DNA of 64,000 nt from Fimicolochytrium jonesii. Taxonomy: Eukaryota. Location: positions 310,001-374,000 of the forward strand of contig NW_026515684.1 in the NCBI RefSeq assembly GCF_025526975.1, given 5' to 3'. Of this stretch, positions 1 through 10,201 are shown piece by piece. The position numbers were made by a program, and so were the translations under genes. The number at the start of each line of letters is the position of its first letter. Position 1 is the stretch's first letter. The notes below the pieces were generated by a model. The model saw only the letters and a list, made by a program, of their open reading frames with translations. It ran no database searches and was not told the DNA's origin.

Positions 1-2146
1 GCTTGTAACAACGCGCACCACCTATATATCCAGAGACAAGCATCAGTGAGTGACAACAATAAAACATGCGCATTGGAAAGACCGCACCTGTTGACAGCTT
101 GATCGTTCAGCCAGCTGTTGGGTTTGACAATCTTCTGAATGGTAGCGAGTTCGATGATCGACGACCCTGCCGGCATCCTCAGGTCTCCTCCTCTTTCCTT
201 TATGCCGCAACCAAGAGCCCACTGGCCCACCGGCATGCGTTTGCTGCTGATTACGCGTTCAAGGAAGGCGAGATGCTTTTCATCCACTTTTGGCCACGGC
301 TCGCCTTTCCACACTGCCGGCAGCCTGTTCCACCACGCTGCCGGTCCGGGAAACGTCGTTGGTAATTCGACAATCTCCGCATCATCTTCCGTTACTCCGC
401 AGTCGGCGTCCATATCAATCCCATAGTTACAACGTACTCCCCCACCAGCTTCCCCATCGATGCCAACTCCAGTGTCCTCACCAGCCCTGCCACTGGCTTC
501 GACACCACCGACTTTGACTTCCTCCAGTCCAATGTCCAAAGGAGTATCCCTGTCCGACCCCTCCTCCTCCGACCCCTCCTCCTCCGACCCCTCCTCCTCC
601 GCGGCTGCAGTGGGCTTGGCCCTCTTCTCGGGGGGCGCTTGCTCCGGCTCCTCCTCCTCTGCGCGCTTGCGCTTCCCAGCCTCAGCCTCCCCCGGCGCCT
701 TCTCCGCCGCTCTCTCTGCCGTCTTCTCCGCCACCCTCTCTGCCGCCTCCTCTTCCACCCCCTCCACACCCTCCATGGCGACCTTCACCGATGCCCCCTC
801 GCTGACCTCCCCTGCCGCCCCTTCGCTGACTGGGGGGCCAGAAAGCGCCTCGATCTGAGCTGCCGTGGGCCCTGCCCCCTCCCAGCTGCTCTTGGTCACA
901 CCGGGCACAGATGCCAGCGGTTCCCCGGGCCTTTCTTCCGCGAAAAGGTCGTCGAAGCTCACGTCCTCGCGCCGACGGAGCTGAATGCAGTCCCAGTACA
1001 GCGAGAAGCTTGCCACCTCCTCCTTGCTTGCCGTCCTCCCAAAGATGTGGCCATACGGCAAGTACGGCGGCCAGCCCACGACAAGGAGGGGGTTTGTCAG
1101 CGCGCGGATCTGCGGCCAAGGCGTGCGCCTGATGTCCCTGCTGGATGCCTTGTTGTACTTGTCCCGAAGTGCATCGCGGAGGCCCTCTCTGTTTTTCCAG
1201 ATGGGCACAATGGGCGCCAGGGGTTTGCCTGCACGGGGTGGGCGGAGCCAGAGACGACTTGGTTACGAGCGCTAGCGCGGCGGGTGACGTTAACGCGGGT
1301 CACGCACCTTCTTTTTCATCCCCATCTTTTTTAGCCCCGTGTTTTCTCTTCCCCCATTTTTCTCCCCCTCAACAAACAGGGAGCGCACGTAGGTGTCCAC
1401 AGCACGCCGGGCTGCGTGGGTGGTGTCGACAGGCTGCCCCATTAGGCCCCCCGCCACGATCCGCATTGTGTCGTCGCTGTCCATGACCAGGTAGCTGCGG
1501 CCTGCGTTCCGAGAGGATGCAACTATGAGTTGGAGGGGCTCGCCGGCCAGCCTGCAGATCTCGACCAAGCTCTGGGCAGCCATGATGAGCGCCCCCTCGG
1601 CTACAACAACGTCTGCGATGGTCCCCGATATGCTCCCCGCGTCGTCGCCGAGCGCCTTCCTGTCGTCGCCGTCCAGCTGGTCAACCAGCGCCCGCGCAAG
1701 GCTACGTTGTGCACTGTGGCCAAGCAAGTTGGCGGTTGCGGGCCTCGCCTCCGCACCGGCAGCCTCCCTCATCCGCCCCATGTCGACGTCGGCTGTTTTC
1801 TGGGCTTCCGCCATGTTCAATGACCTGAACCGACCAGCGGGGTTGCCCGCCCGTAGAAGTTGACCATTCTTGTCTTCTCTTGCTGAAGGAGGCGTTTGGC
1901 GGACTTTCCACTGCACTTCTTGGGTGCGGCGCTCGCCTCCTCCTCCCCGGCCCCCTCCTCCGCGTCGCCCTCCTCCTCCCCCTCCTCCTCCTCCCCCTCC
2001 TCCTCGTACTCGCTCCCCTCGTCGCCGATGGCAAGCAGCACGCTGGTGGCCATGTCCGCCAACGCCTCGTCGCTCTCACCGTCAAAGTTGGAGCTATCAG
2101 CGGCCCTATCGGCGGCCTCTGCCACCTTTGACGGGCGGGCCAGCAT
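1..2146 (-). CDS. Multi-exon hypothetical protein with long acidic region and start of a C-terminal Ulp1/C48-like SUMO protease domain; runs off the left window edge; probably transposon-associated
   Basis: The minus-strand frame antisense to the + ORFs 66..365 and 639..1334 is open from ~1260 to the window edge, so the track does not list it. Splicing a 66-nt GT..AG intron (87-22) gives ...IQKIVKPNSWLNDQAVNRWCALLQ, matching the Ulp1 WLNDxxIN motif. Upstream exons are ORFs 1290..1916 and 1817..2146; their junctions and the start are unresolved. Confidence 0.5.
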
Positions 2147-2676
2147 CTAGAAAAGGCGGTGGGTGCGCATGTGTCGTTAGCGCCTGTGCGCGGCAGTGCC
2201 CGCGGTAGCGCCTCCCCGCCCGCGCTATCGCATGCCTATGGCAAGTCGGTGGCGAGACTATATATATATGCCAGCTGCACACGCCCATACCTCGCCCGCC
2301 GCCTTGTCAGCGGCCGCTTCCATCTTTGACCGGCTAGGGCCGGGCGCCTTTGCCGCCGCTTGGCTGCGAGTCTCCATCTTTGTACCCGCTGCGCCGCCGC
2401 TCTGTGTGGGTGTGTGTGTGTGAGTGTGTGGTGGCTGTGTGTGGGTGTGTATCTCCGTCATCCAGAGCCGGCCACGCTTGGCTGCTTAGCCAATCCGCTG
2501 GAGGTGACGCAGTCGTGGCTTGCCGGTCACACTGCTGCTGCGGCCATCGATGATCGCAGCATCTCCAAGACCACACTCCCACATGAAACGTCAAGCGCTT
2601 GCAGCGGACGACAGCCTCCTCGCCCCCCTGGCCGGCGCCTACCTCCTTCCAGCTCAAGCCCGGCAACTCACACAGC

Positions 2677-2761
2677 GCACACTCCGAGAATGATCAGCGC
2701 TGACGAGGTGAGTGGCCAGAGCACACTCCGAGAATGCTCAGCGCTGACGAGGTGAGTGGCC
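2677..2761. repeat. 44-bp tandem duplication (2 copies)
   Basis: gcacactccgagaatg(a/c)tcagcgctgacgaggtgagtggcc at 2677 and 2721. Confidence 0.9.
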
Positions 2762-2927
2762 GCTGTGCAGCCGTGGGCGTCTCCGCTGGGTGTTGACCGC
2801 CTGGGCTTGCGGCCCATGTTGAGCACGACCGCCGCTTGCGGGAGGTCGACCTGCATGGGCTGTGCTGCCTGGGCGCGCTTGCTTTACGCCGATCTCGCGG
2901 CCCTTGTTGAGCACGACCGCTCTCTGG

Positions 2928-3441
2928 ACTCCCGCAATCGCTTGAGGTGCAGCCTGGATTTGGGCACTCGCGCTGGCCCCATTCTACCAACCCACTCCCA
3001 CTCCCATGCCCACGCTGCCTGCTATTTATTTCACCCCAACTAACTCATGTACACTCCATTCCCCAGACAAATCACCATGAGAGTGTCAAAGCCGCGGCAA
3101 CGTTCCAAGAGCCGGCGCCTACACAGAGAATAGACGGGGCACGGTGCCCAGGACCGTTCCGGTTTAACGTGCGGGGGACGAATTTCTCCCCAAAATCCAT
3201 TGAGGGCTGACTAGTACAGCGTGGGGCGAAAATGGTTCCCCCGACGGCGTGGCGGACAATAGATGGAAGCAAAGCCCGTTAGGGTTGTTGACGCTCGGCC
3301 TTACAGCCTTCACGCTGCAGCGCGAAATCACACTGGGCTCTCCCCGCTCGCGGTTCGCTATCGCTCACATACCTCAAAGCGACATCAAAAGCGCAACGCG
3401 AGTGCCCAAATCCAGGCTGCCCCTCAAGCGATTGCGGAAGT
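2928..3441. repeat. Inverted-repeat/foldback structure with 45-bp outer arms and ~21-bp inner arms
   Basis: The reverse complement of 2928-2972 matches 3397-3441 with 2 mismatches. An imperfect inner pair lies at 3172-3192 / 3222-3243. Confidence 0.85.
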
Positions 3442-4490
3442 ACCGAGGGCCACCGGCACCGGCACCTCCAAAAAGCAATGGCAGAATGCTGCCCAGCAAA
3501 AGTCAAGCTAACAATCATGCCTGGCCATGCCGGCAGTGAATACCACGCCTGGCCGTGCCGGCAGTGGTCATAGCTCTTCTAGCTGCAGGGCAACAGTGCC
3601 ATTGCATTCTGTGGAAAAAAGTTTGGCAATTGCCGGAGGATCTTGGGCTGGGGAGAGGACTATGAAGAAAATGACCCGGGTGCTGTAGCCTGTGAGTCGC
3701 GGACGCGCCGACAGTGGACACTGACTTAATGTTGGGGGGGTCCCAGCTTTATGGACACTGGCTAGCTTGCGCTTATTGTGAGTGCAAAGAAGCGCCGAAA
3801 ACTGCGATGAGCGATGTTGGTGGTTTCCCCAGAGCCCCGTCGAGATGGAGCTGTGTGAAACGGGAGGAATAAAACAAAAAGGAGCATGAGGCAGAGCAAA
3901 AATGGTCGTGCATCGAGCTGTTTGAGAGCGGGTAAGGACTGGAGGATTGGTTGAGGCACATTTCGGTTGCTTTCTGTTGCGATACTTAGTTGTGCTGTTC
4001 AGTTAACACCCACGAAGCGCCGAGCGCGACAGTAGTTACCACGCCGCGCCTAGCGCGACAGGGGTCATAATCTGAACAAACAAAGAAGTTGTCTGGGAGT
4101 GGGAATTGAGCTTGCTACCTGCACATCTGCAAGGAGAGCAGTATTCAACTGTGCCAAAGCGCCAGTGTTGTCAGAATGCAATTACAGTAGTACCAGAAGG
4201 GTGTACTGTTACGGTACAGGTGGCCAAAAGAGCGTCCGAGAGAGCGTTCCATCACGTGGGTTTCATCACGTGAGCGTTGCGCAGGCTTTAATAAGTCTGA
4301 TGTCCACGAAGGCACCGACGAAAGATTAAGAGTATGCGAAAAGCCAAAACTAGAGCTGGAGGATATACTAAAAACTAAGTAAGAGAAAGTAAATCAAGAG
4401 AATCATATGACTAAAAAAAAGGGGTAACAGCCAAGCTCGGGCCCGTACGCCATCGCCCACGACGGCGTCAGCAATTCAAACGCGTCCTTC

Positions 4491-5964
4491 TCATTCAAGG
4501 AACCGCATCTCCCTCTTGCGGTTCTTTGCGTACTTGTCCTTGTACGTGTCCCAGATATGCATCAGCTCGTCGAGGTACTTCTGTTGGTACTCGAGTAGGA
4601 TTTCTTGGGAGGGGTTTTCGATTTTGGGGCATTCGATTGGTCGTCCGACTAGAATCATGCGACGTTAGAAACATGAGAGAAGAGAGGAATGTGATTCTCT
4701 TTTCGAGATACTCACCAACGGAAACAACAGCCCGACGATACGGCATGATCCCAAAACTGTAGTTGAACACACCGCGGCCGAAGAAGAGCGGGGGCGCGAA
4801 TGTCATGTATTTCTGGAAGAGCGCTTGCATGGTGCGCACGGCGGACCCGGGCGGGTTGGGGACTTGGTCCCAGAGGTCGTTTTCACCTGGGGGGGGGGGG
4901 GGGGGGGGGGGGGAAAGAGATGGAGTGAGATGGGGTGATTCTCATGATATGCAATATGAATGACGCTTCCCTCGCTCCGCTCGCCAAGTGAGTACCTACC
5001 AAAACTGTAAACCGGCACAAGATCCGCCCCATTCCTCAGCGCAACCTTGATAAACCCTAACCGTTTCCTCACAATCAAATCCGCAATCCCCGGAAATGCA
5101 TGCAAACTCTCCGTCGCGCCGCCCACAACAATCATGCAACTATGTCCGGGCCCTTTATTCAAAATATTATCGCACGACCGGCGGCTGACGGACGAGATTC
5201 CCAGCGAGAGGAGGACTTCGCGCCAGAGGGGGAGGTTGAAGTTGGTCTGCAGGGTCATGAGACGGATGTTGAGCCCGGGGAATTTGTGCGAGAAGGAGGA
5301 GGCTTCGGTGCCAAAGTTGAGGAAGGAGCCGAGGGCGATGATTCCTAAAAAAATAATACGAACAAAAAAGGTAAGGTCACCGATGGGATTCGAAAGCATG
5401 CCAAGCGAAATAAGGCAGGCGACCGTTGAATGGTCAAATGGATGGTTCGATGGTTGAATGGTATTCTGCTCCCTCCGGTCGCGACGATAAGGTTGGGGAT
5501 ACATGGTGAGGGGAGTATTGCGCCTTTGGCGCAATGTGCTGCTCGCTTCGCTCGCAAAAGATCTGACGCTCGCTAAGAAATGCGGTGAGGGGAGTATTGC
5601 GCCTCTGGCGCAATGTGGCTCGCTCCGCTCGCTCATACATACCATGAGGATGATAACCAAAAAGATAGTTCCTACTGGGGTCCAACTCCGCCATCGACAC
5701 GAGTTGGATCGGGAAATAATCCTTACACCACCTCCAAATCGGCAATTTCCTCATCCACATGACCCTCCTCGCACCCGTCTCGGGACTCGGATCCAAAATG
5801 ATAAACACGACATATGCGAGCGCCAGAGGTGTGAATTTCGGAGTAAAGAGAAAGTAGAAGAATATAGCGAAGGAGATGGGTATGAGGAGCATCCAGAGGA
5901 GGACTGACGCGGTCTGACGACGGCGGGGGAGAGGGAGCGAGAGGGGGGCCCATTGAACTGCCAT
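4491..5964 (-). CDS. DGA1: Diacylglycerol O-acyltransferase 2 (DGAT2), 4 exons
   Basis: Motifs YFP, FGYHPHG|IIALG (intron 5642-5345), RKRLGFIKVAL, LVPVYSFGENDLW, GRGVFNYSFGIMP and GRPI; ATG at 5964, TGA at 4491-4493. Confidence 0.93.
5345..5642 (-). repeat. Intron-resident repeat rich in C-GNA-G minihairpins, with an internal ~45-bp duplication
   Basis: Two copies of gagcg(a/g)agcgagc..cacattgcgcca(a/g)aggcgcaatactcccctcacc in DGAT intron 1; shares a gcag..ta.c.ttcaaccatc tail with the GCIP intron. Confidence 0.7.
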
Positions 5965-6461
5965 TTTGAGTGGGGAGGCTGGTGTTGTGGTGGTGGTGAG
6001 GGATGGGCAGGACCGGCCTGATGGAAAAAAAAAGCCTCGTTTGACGTCGAGAATGGACAGGTGTCGACCAGCGTGTGGTGCGTTCGAACAGCGAAGCGAG
6101 GTAAGGAAGAGGCCTGACAGGAGACTGCAGATGAGTAGCCGGCCTGCAGCAGAGCGGTTCCCTTTATGATGGGGAGAGTGCAGTGGAGGAGTGGAGGGGA
6201 TGTGCAGCGGCAGGAGCAAGGGAGGTTGGAGGAGTGGACCGTTGCAAAAGACGCAAAATGTGCGCGAGGGCGGAAGGGGCGGAAAGAGTGTTCTGTCACG
6301 AAAACGGCGCGCGCACATGCGAGATTGTGGCCCTTGCGTCCCCCTCTCTCACTTGCGACATGCCAATTCAATCGGACATCCCAGGACATCCATTCTTCGT
6401 ACTGTACAAGCCATAATATGTACTGTACTGTACAAGGGCTTCACAACTGATGAGCGTCGTT

Positions 6462-7295
6462 TTACTTCCCCCGATGCTCTTTGAACGTCTTGGCGATGCT
6501 CCTCCCATTCTCAATGTCCCTCCTACACAGTTCATCCACCTGTTTGCTCTTCTGAGCCACCTCTGCCACCTCCCTCACTCTACCAATAGGAACCACCACT
6601 ACGCCGTCTACATCCGCCACAATAATATCTCCAGTCTCCACCACAACGCAATATGGGTCCAGTGACGGCTGCGGTGGTGCACCATTCACCTGACGTCCAT
6701 CCAGAAAAGTCAACCTCTCACCAACACTCGCAGCCCTCGAAAACCCACCACTCCCAATCGTACTAGTCCCCATAGCCCAAAGTTTAATCCCGAGGTCCCA
6801 ATGCTCTCTCAAATCCCGTATTCTCCCATGCACAACCACCCCTGCACACCCCAGCTCACTTGCCCGCAAGGACATCAGACCACCCCATACCGCGTTCACC
6901 GCCGTCGCCGCCTCCTCATCTTTGATCACCACCACATGGTAATCCGGGATGGTGTCAACGTGATGCGTGCCGGGCGGTAAACGCGGGGAGGTGGTATTTT
7001 TCGCGTGGACCAGGCGAATAGTATACGCCGGACCGCAGATGCGCGCCTCCTGAACGACGCGGTTCGTTGGGTCGGGCGAGCGGAGAGTGAGCGATGGCAG
7101 AAGCGAAGGGAGAGAGAGTTTCGTGAGGGCGTCGGAGAGGTCGCAGGTGGAGAAGGGGGCGAGGAGGTCGATTGCTTCGATGTGCAGGGCGCTTCGCTGC
7201 GTAAAGGCGGGTTTGTTACTGGTGGTTGTGGAAGCTGCTGACTCACGGTTGCCTGACCTCTGGCGCTCGGCGGAGAGTGACGCTGATGAGGCCAT
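6462..7295 (-). CDS. RraA-like / HMG aldolase family protein
   Basis: FSTCDLSDAL, ICGPAYT, AVWGGLMSLRA, GVVVHGRIRD, GDIIVADVDGVVVVP; likely start MASSAS at 7295. Confidence 0.9.
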   Translation of the reverse strand: MASSASLSAERQRSGNRESAASTTTSNKPAFTQRSALHIEAIDLLAPFSTCDLSDALTKLSLPSLLPSLTLRSPDPTNRVVQEARICGPAYTIRLVHAKNTTSPRLPPGTHHVDTIPDYHVVVIKDEEAATAVNAVWGGLMSLRASELGCAGVVVHGRIRDLREHWDLGIKLWAMGTSTIGSGGFSRAASVGERLTFLDGRQVNGAPPQPSLDPYCVVVETGDIIVADVDGVVVVPIGRVREVAEVAQKSKQVDELCRRDIENGRSIAKTFKEHRGK

Positions 7296-7515
7296 AGTGT
7301 GTGTGTGTGTGCGTGGGCTGGGGGTTGCTGGGTGAGACCTTCTGGGGAGATGAGCAGCGCAAGATTGTGGGTGGGTCCTTGGGTGTCGGTGGTGTTTTAG
7401 GACGTGGTCGCCTGGTAGCGCAGAACAAGGCAACAACTGCTTTTTCTCGCAGACTTCCACTCCAGAAGAACCCCCACTTTCGTCCCCCCCCTCAACACAG
7501 CCGACCTCTCAAAAG

Positions 7516-9380
7516 ATGACCCGGGACAAGCGCAAAAAGCGCAAAGACCACGCGACAAAAAAAGCCGTCTCGAAATCCCAAAAGGCCTCCAAACAAGCCT
7601 CCAAAGCAGAACGCAAGGACTCGCGCCACGCCTCCAAATTCGACGACGACGGCGACGAGGAGGACATTGAGATTCTGATCAAGCAGTTTCAGGAGGGGGA
7701 TAGGAGGATTGGGGTTGCCGAGGAGGTTGCATGTGAGCCGCCGAGTCCAAGGGCGAATGCGAGTTGGGTTGCTGCTGCAGGGAATGCGCCGTTTGTGTGG
7801 TTGTTTGGGGGCGAGCATTGTACGGGGAGGAAGGTGAAGGTTTACGGGGAGCTTTTTAAGTGAGTATGGGATTCGGGCGGAGCGAGTAGAAGGCGAGCGG
7901 CAGCGAGCCCCAATTGGGCGGGAAGCCCAGGAATGCTTGAGGTCCGGTCCGCAAGCGAAGCGAGCAGGGTAGCATTTAGGTGGCTGATGGTGACGTTCAA
8001 TGGTCTTTGACCGATCATTGATCCCGTCTTACCCACACCAGATACAGAATCGACAAAAAAGACTGGCGTCGCATCAACACCCCCGTCTCGCCACCCCCCC
8101 GCAGCGGGCACCAAACCGTCGTCCTCACCAACGGCAAGCTGCTCGTTTTCGGCGGCGAGTACACCTCGCCGTCGCAGAACCAGTTCCATCACTGGAAAGA
8201 TTGCTGGGTGTTTGATCCCAAGGAACTTAAATGGGAGCAGCTGGATATACCGACACCGAGCGCGAGGAGTGGGCATCGGATGACTGTTTGGAAGAATTTT
8301 GTTGTGAGTGATGCTTTTCGAGCCTACCCAGGAAATCCCTCGATTTCCCTGATTTCTCATCACCGACTCGATCATTATCACGCACAGGTCCTATTCGGCG
8401 GCTTCTACGACAACTACAAAACAACAAAATACCACGACGACCTCTGGCTGTTCGACACGACCGAGTACAAATGGTCCAAAGTCGAGTTTTCGTCCCTTGC
8501 TTCTAAGCCTGGGTAAGGGGGCCCATTCATTTGTTACCCACTTCATTCACAATCAACCGCCCTGTTCTTGATTAAGTTTTGTGATGTTCATAGACCACGC
8601 TCAGGCTTCCAATTCATAACCCACAACGACACAATCTACCTCTACGGCGGCTACTGCAAAAAACAAATCGACGGCGATCGCGAGAGCGGGCATGTCTATT
8701 CCGGTAAAACATTTCCCCTCCACCCTCCCCACCAACCCCCGCCCCCCCCCCCCCCCTAACCCTCCTCTCCCCTAGACATGTGGCTCCTCCAAATGTCCGC
8801 GGACCCCTCCCTCATCACATGGAGCCTGACAAAAAAAGCCGGCAAGCCGCCCCCGAAACGCGCCGGCTGCACAATGATCATGCATAAGAACCGCGGAATC
8901 CGTTTCGGAGGCGTGGAGGATAACGAAGACGACGAAGACGTGGTGTGCCGGAACGACATGTATGCGTTCGAGGTTGAGAAGGGGAGGTGGTTTGGCGTTA
9001 CCATCAAGAGCGGGAAGGCCAAGACCGATGACCCAGTAGCGGAGTTAGACCCAGCGGCAGAGACCCCCGCGGCGATAGACCCATCCCAGCCCCACCCCCG
9101 CTACAACGCGATGCTGGCAACCTACAAGTCCCAGCTGATACTCTACGGCGGGCTGTTTGAGGATAAGAAGTCGGAGCATACCTTGGATGATCTGTGGGTG
9201 GTGAATCTGGATAAAGGCGGGCCGTGGGAGGTGGTGCAGAGGGGTGGGTGGGAGAGGGGGGGTACTTCGATGGCGGCGCTGCGTGAGGCGAAGACGGGTG
9301 AGGAAACGAAGGAGGGTGGGGAAGAGGAGGAGAGTGGGAGTGATAGCGATAGCAGCGATAGCAGTAGCGATGAAGAGTAA
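7516..9380 (+). CDS. Kelch-repeat protein (KLHDC4/Kel3-like), multi-exon
   Basis: Lys-rich N-terminus, PSPRANAS, repeated FGG motifs, PSARSGHRM, RPRSGFQF, PHPRYNAML and an acidic tail; first intron 7860-8041. Confidence 0.88.
7860..8041 (+). repeat. Intron-resident GNA-hairpin repeat homologous to the GCIP intron element
   Basis: agccccaattgggcgggaagcccaggaatgcttga versus the reverse complement of ~14208-14241 (gcccaattgggccgtaggcccaggaatgcttga); an upstream 37-nt block is 28/37 identical. Confidence 0.75.
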
Positions 9381-9438
9381 GGATGTCGTGAAAATGTGGT
9401 TGTGAGCGGAATGTGGGTTTTTTGTACATAGAAACATA

Positions 9439-9740
9439 GGTAGCGTATCGCGAGACTGCCCCTACTCCAGGCTGCCTCAGGCGATTGCGGAAGTTGAGTC
9501 GAGAGAGCGTACCGCGAGACTGCCCCTACTCCAGGCTGCCTCAAGCGGTTGCGGAAGTCGAGTCGAGAAGGTAGCGAATCGCGAGGCTGCTCCTATTCCG
9601 AGCTGCCTCAAGCGGTTGCGGAAGTTGAGTCGAGAAGGTAGCGAATCGCGAGGCTGCTCCTATTCCGAGCTGCCTCAGGCGATTGCGCAAGTGGATAGCG
9701 TATCGCGAGGCTGCTCCTATTCCGAGCTGCCTCAGGCGAT
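9439..9740 (+). repeat. Five tandem ~57-67-bp hairpin-forming repeats at the Fanzor element left end
   Basis: Units start at ~9439, 9506, 9570, 9637 and 9694; consensus gtagcgaatcgcgaggctgctcctattccgagctgcctca(a/g)gcg(a/g)ttgcggaagttgagtcgagaag. Confidence 0.92.
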
Positions 9741-9958
9741 CGTGTCGTGAAGAGTGAAGTGAATCGCAGAATGTGGAGCGGCGACTGCGACGGCAACCGA
9801 ATTCGATCTGCAGTCTGAGAGGGAGTGTTGTAAACAACCTGTTTCAAGCCACAGCATCCGGGGGATAAGGGAAAGAGAGAGCTCGAGCCAAAATCAACCC
9901 CAGAAGCTACCCTCGCTGCCCAGCTACTGTAAGCTGCCCTGGAAGCTACCCCACATCC

Positions 9959-9974
9959 TTTACACGCGTGTAAA
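9959..9974. promoter_or_regulatory. Perfect 16-bp palindrome with an MCB-like ACGCGT core upstream of Fanzor
   Basis: TTTACACGCGTGTAAA, ~230 bp before the ATG at 10202. Confidence 0.4.
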
Positions 9975-10201
9975 AAACGTCCCCACTCTACTCCTTCCCA
10001 ACCCCCTTCCTTCCCAACGCAATTATTGTGAGCAGTAAGCATCCCCGTGTTCACCTTCAACCGCCACCAGGTAACAACCGCAATTCCTCACCGTCTTCAG
10101 CTCCATGACCACAGCACTGACGCGAGTTCTTTGACACACAGCTATCACGGCAATCACCTGCAACATGTCTCTCGACTGACTTAAGGCACAGCACAGTCAT
10201 C

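Noticed and set aside
3519..3568. ~20-bp direct repeat gcctggcc(a/g)tgccggcagtg
   Set aside because: Only two short copies; may belong to the neighbouring element end but unsupported on its own
9439..9740. CRISPR array next to a Cas12-like nuclease
   Set aside because: Sequences between the hairpins are near-identical, not unique spacers; the context is eukaryotic with no cas genes
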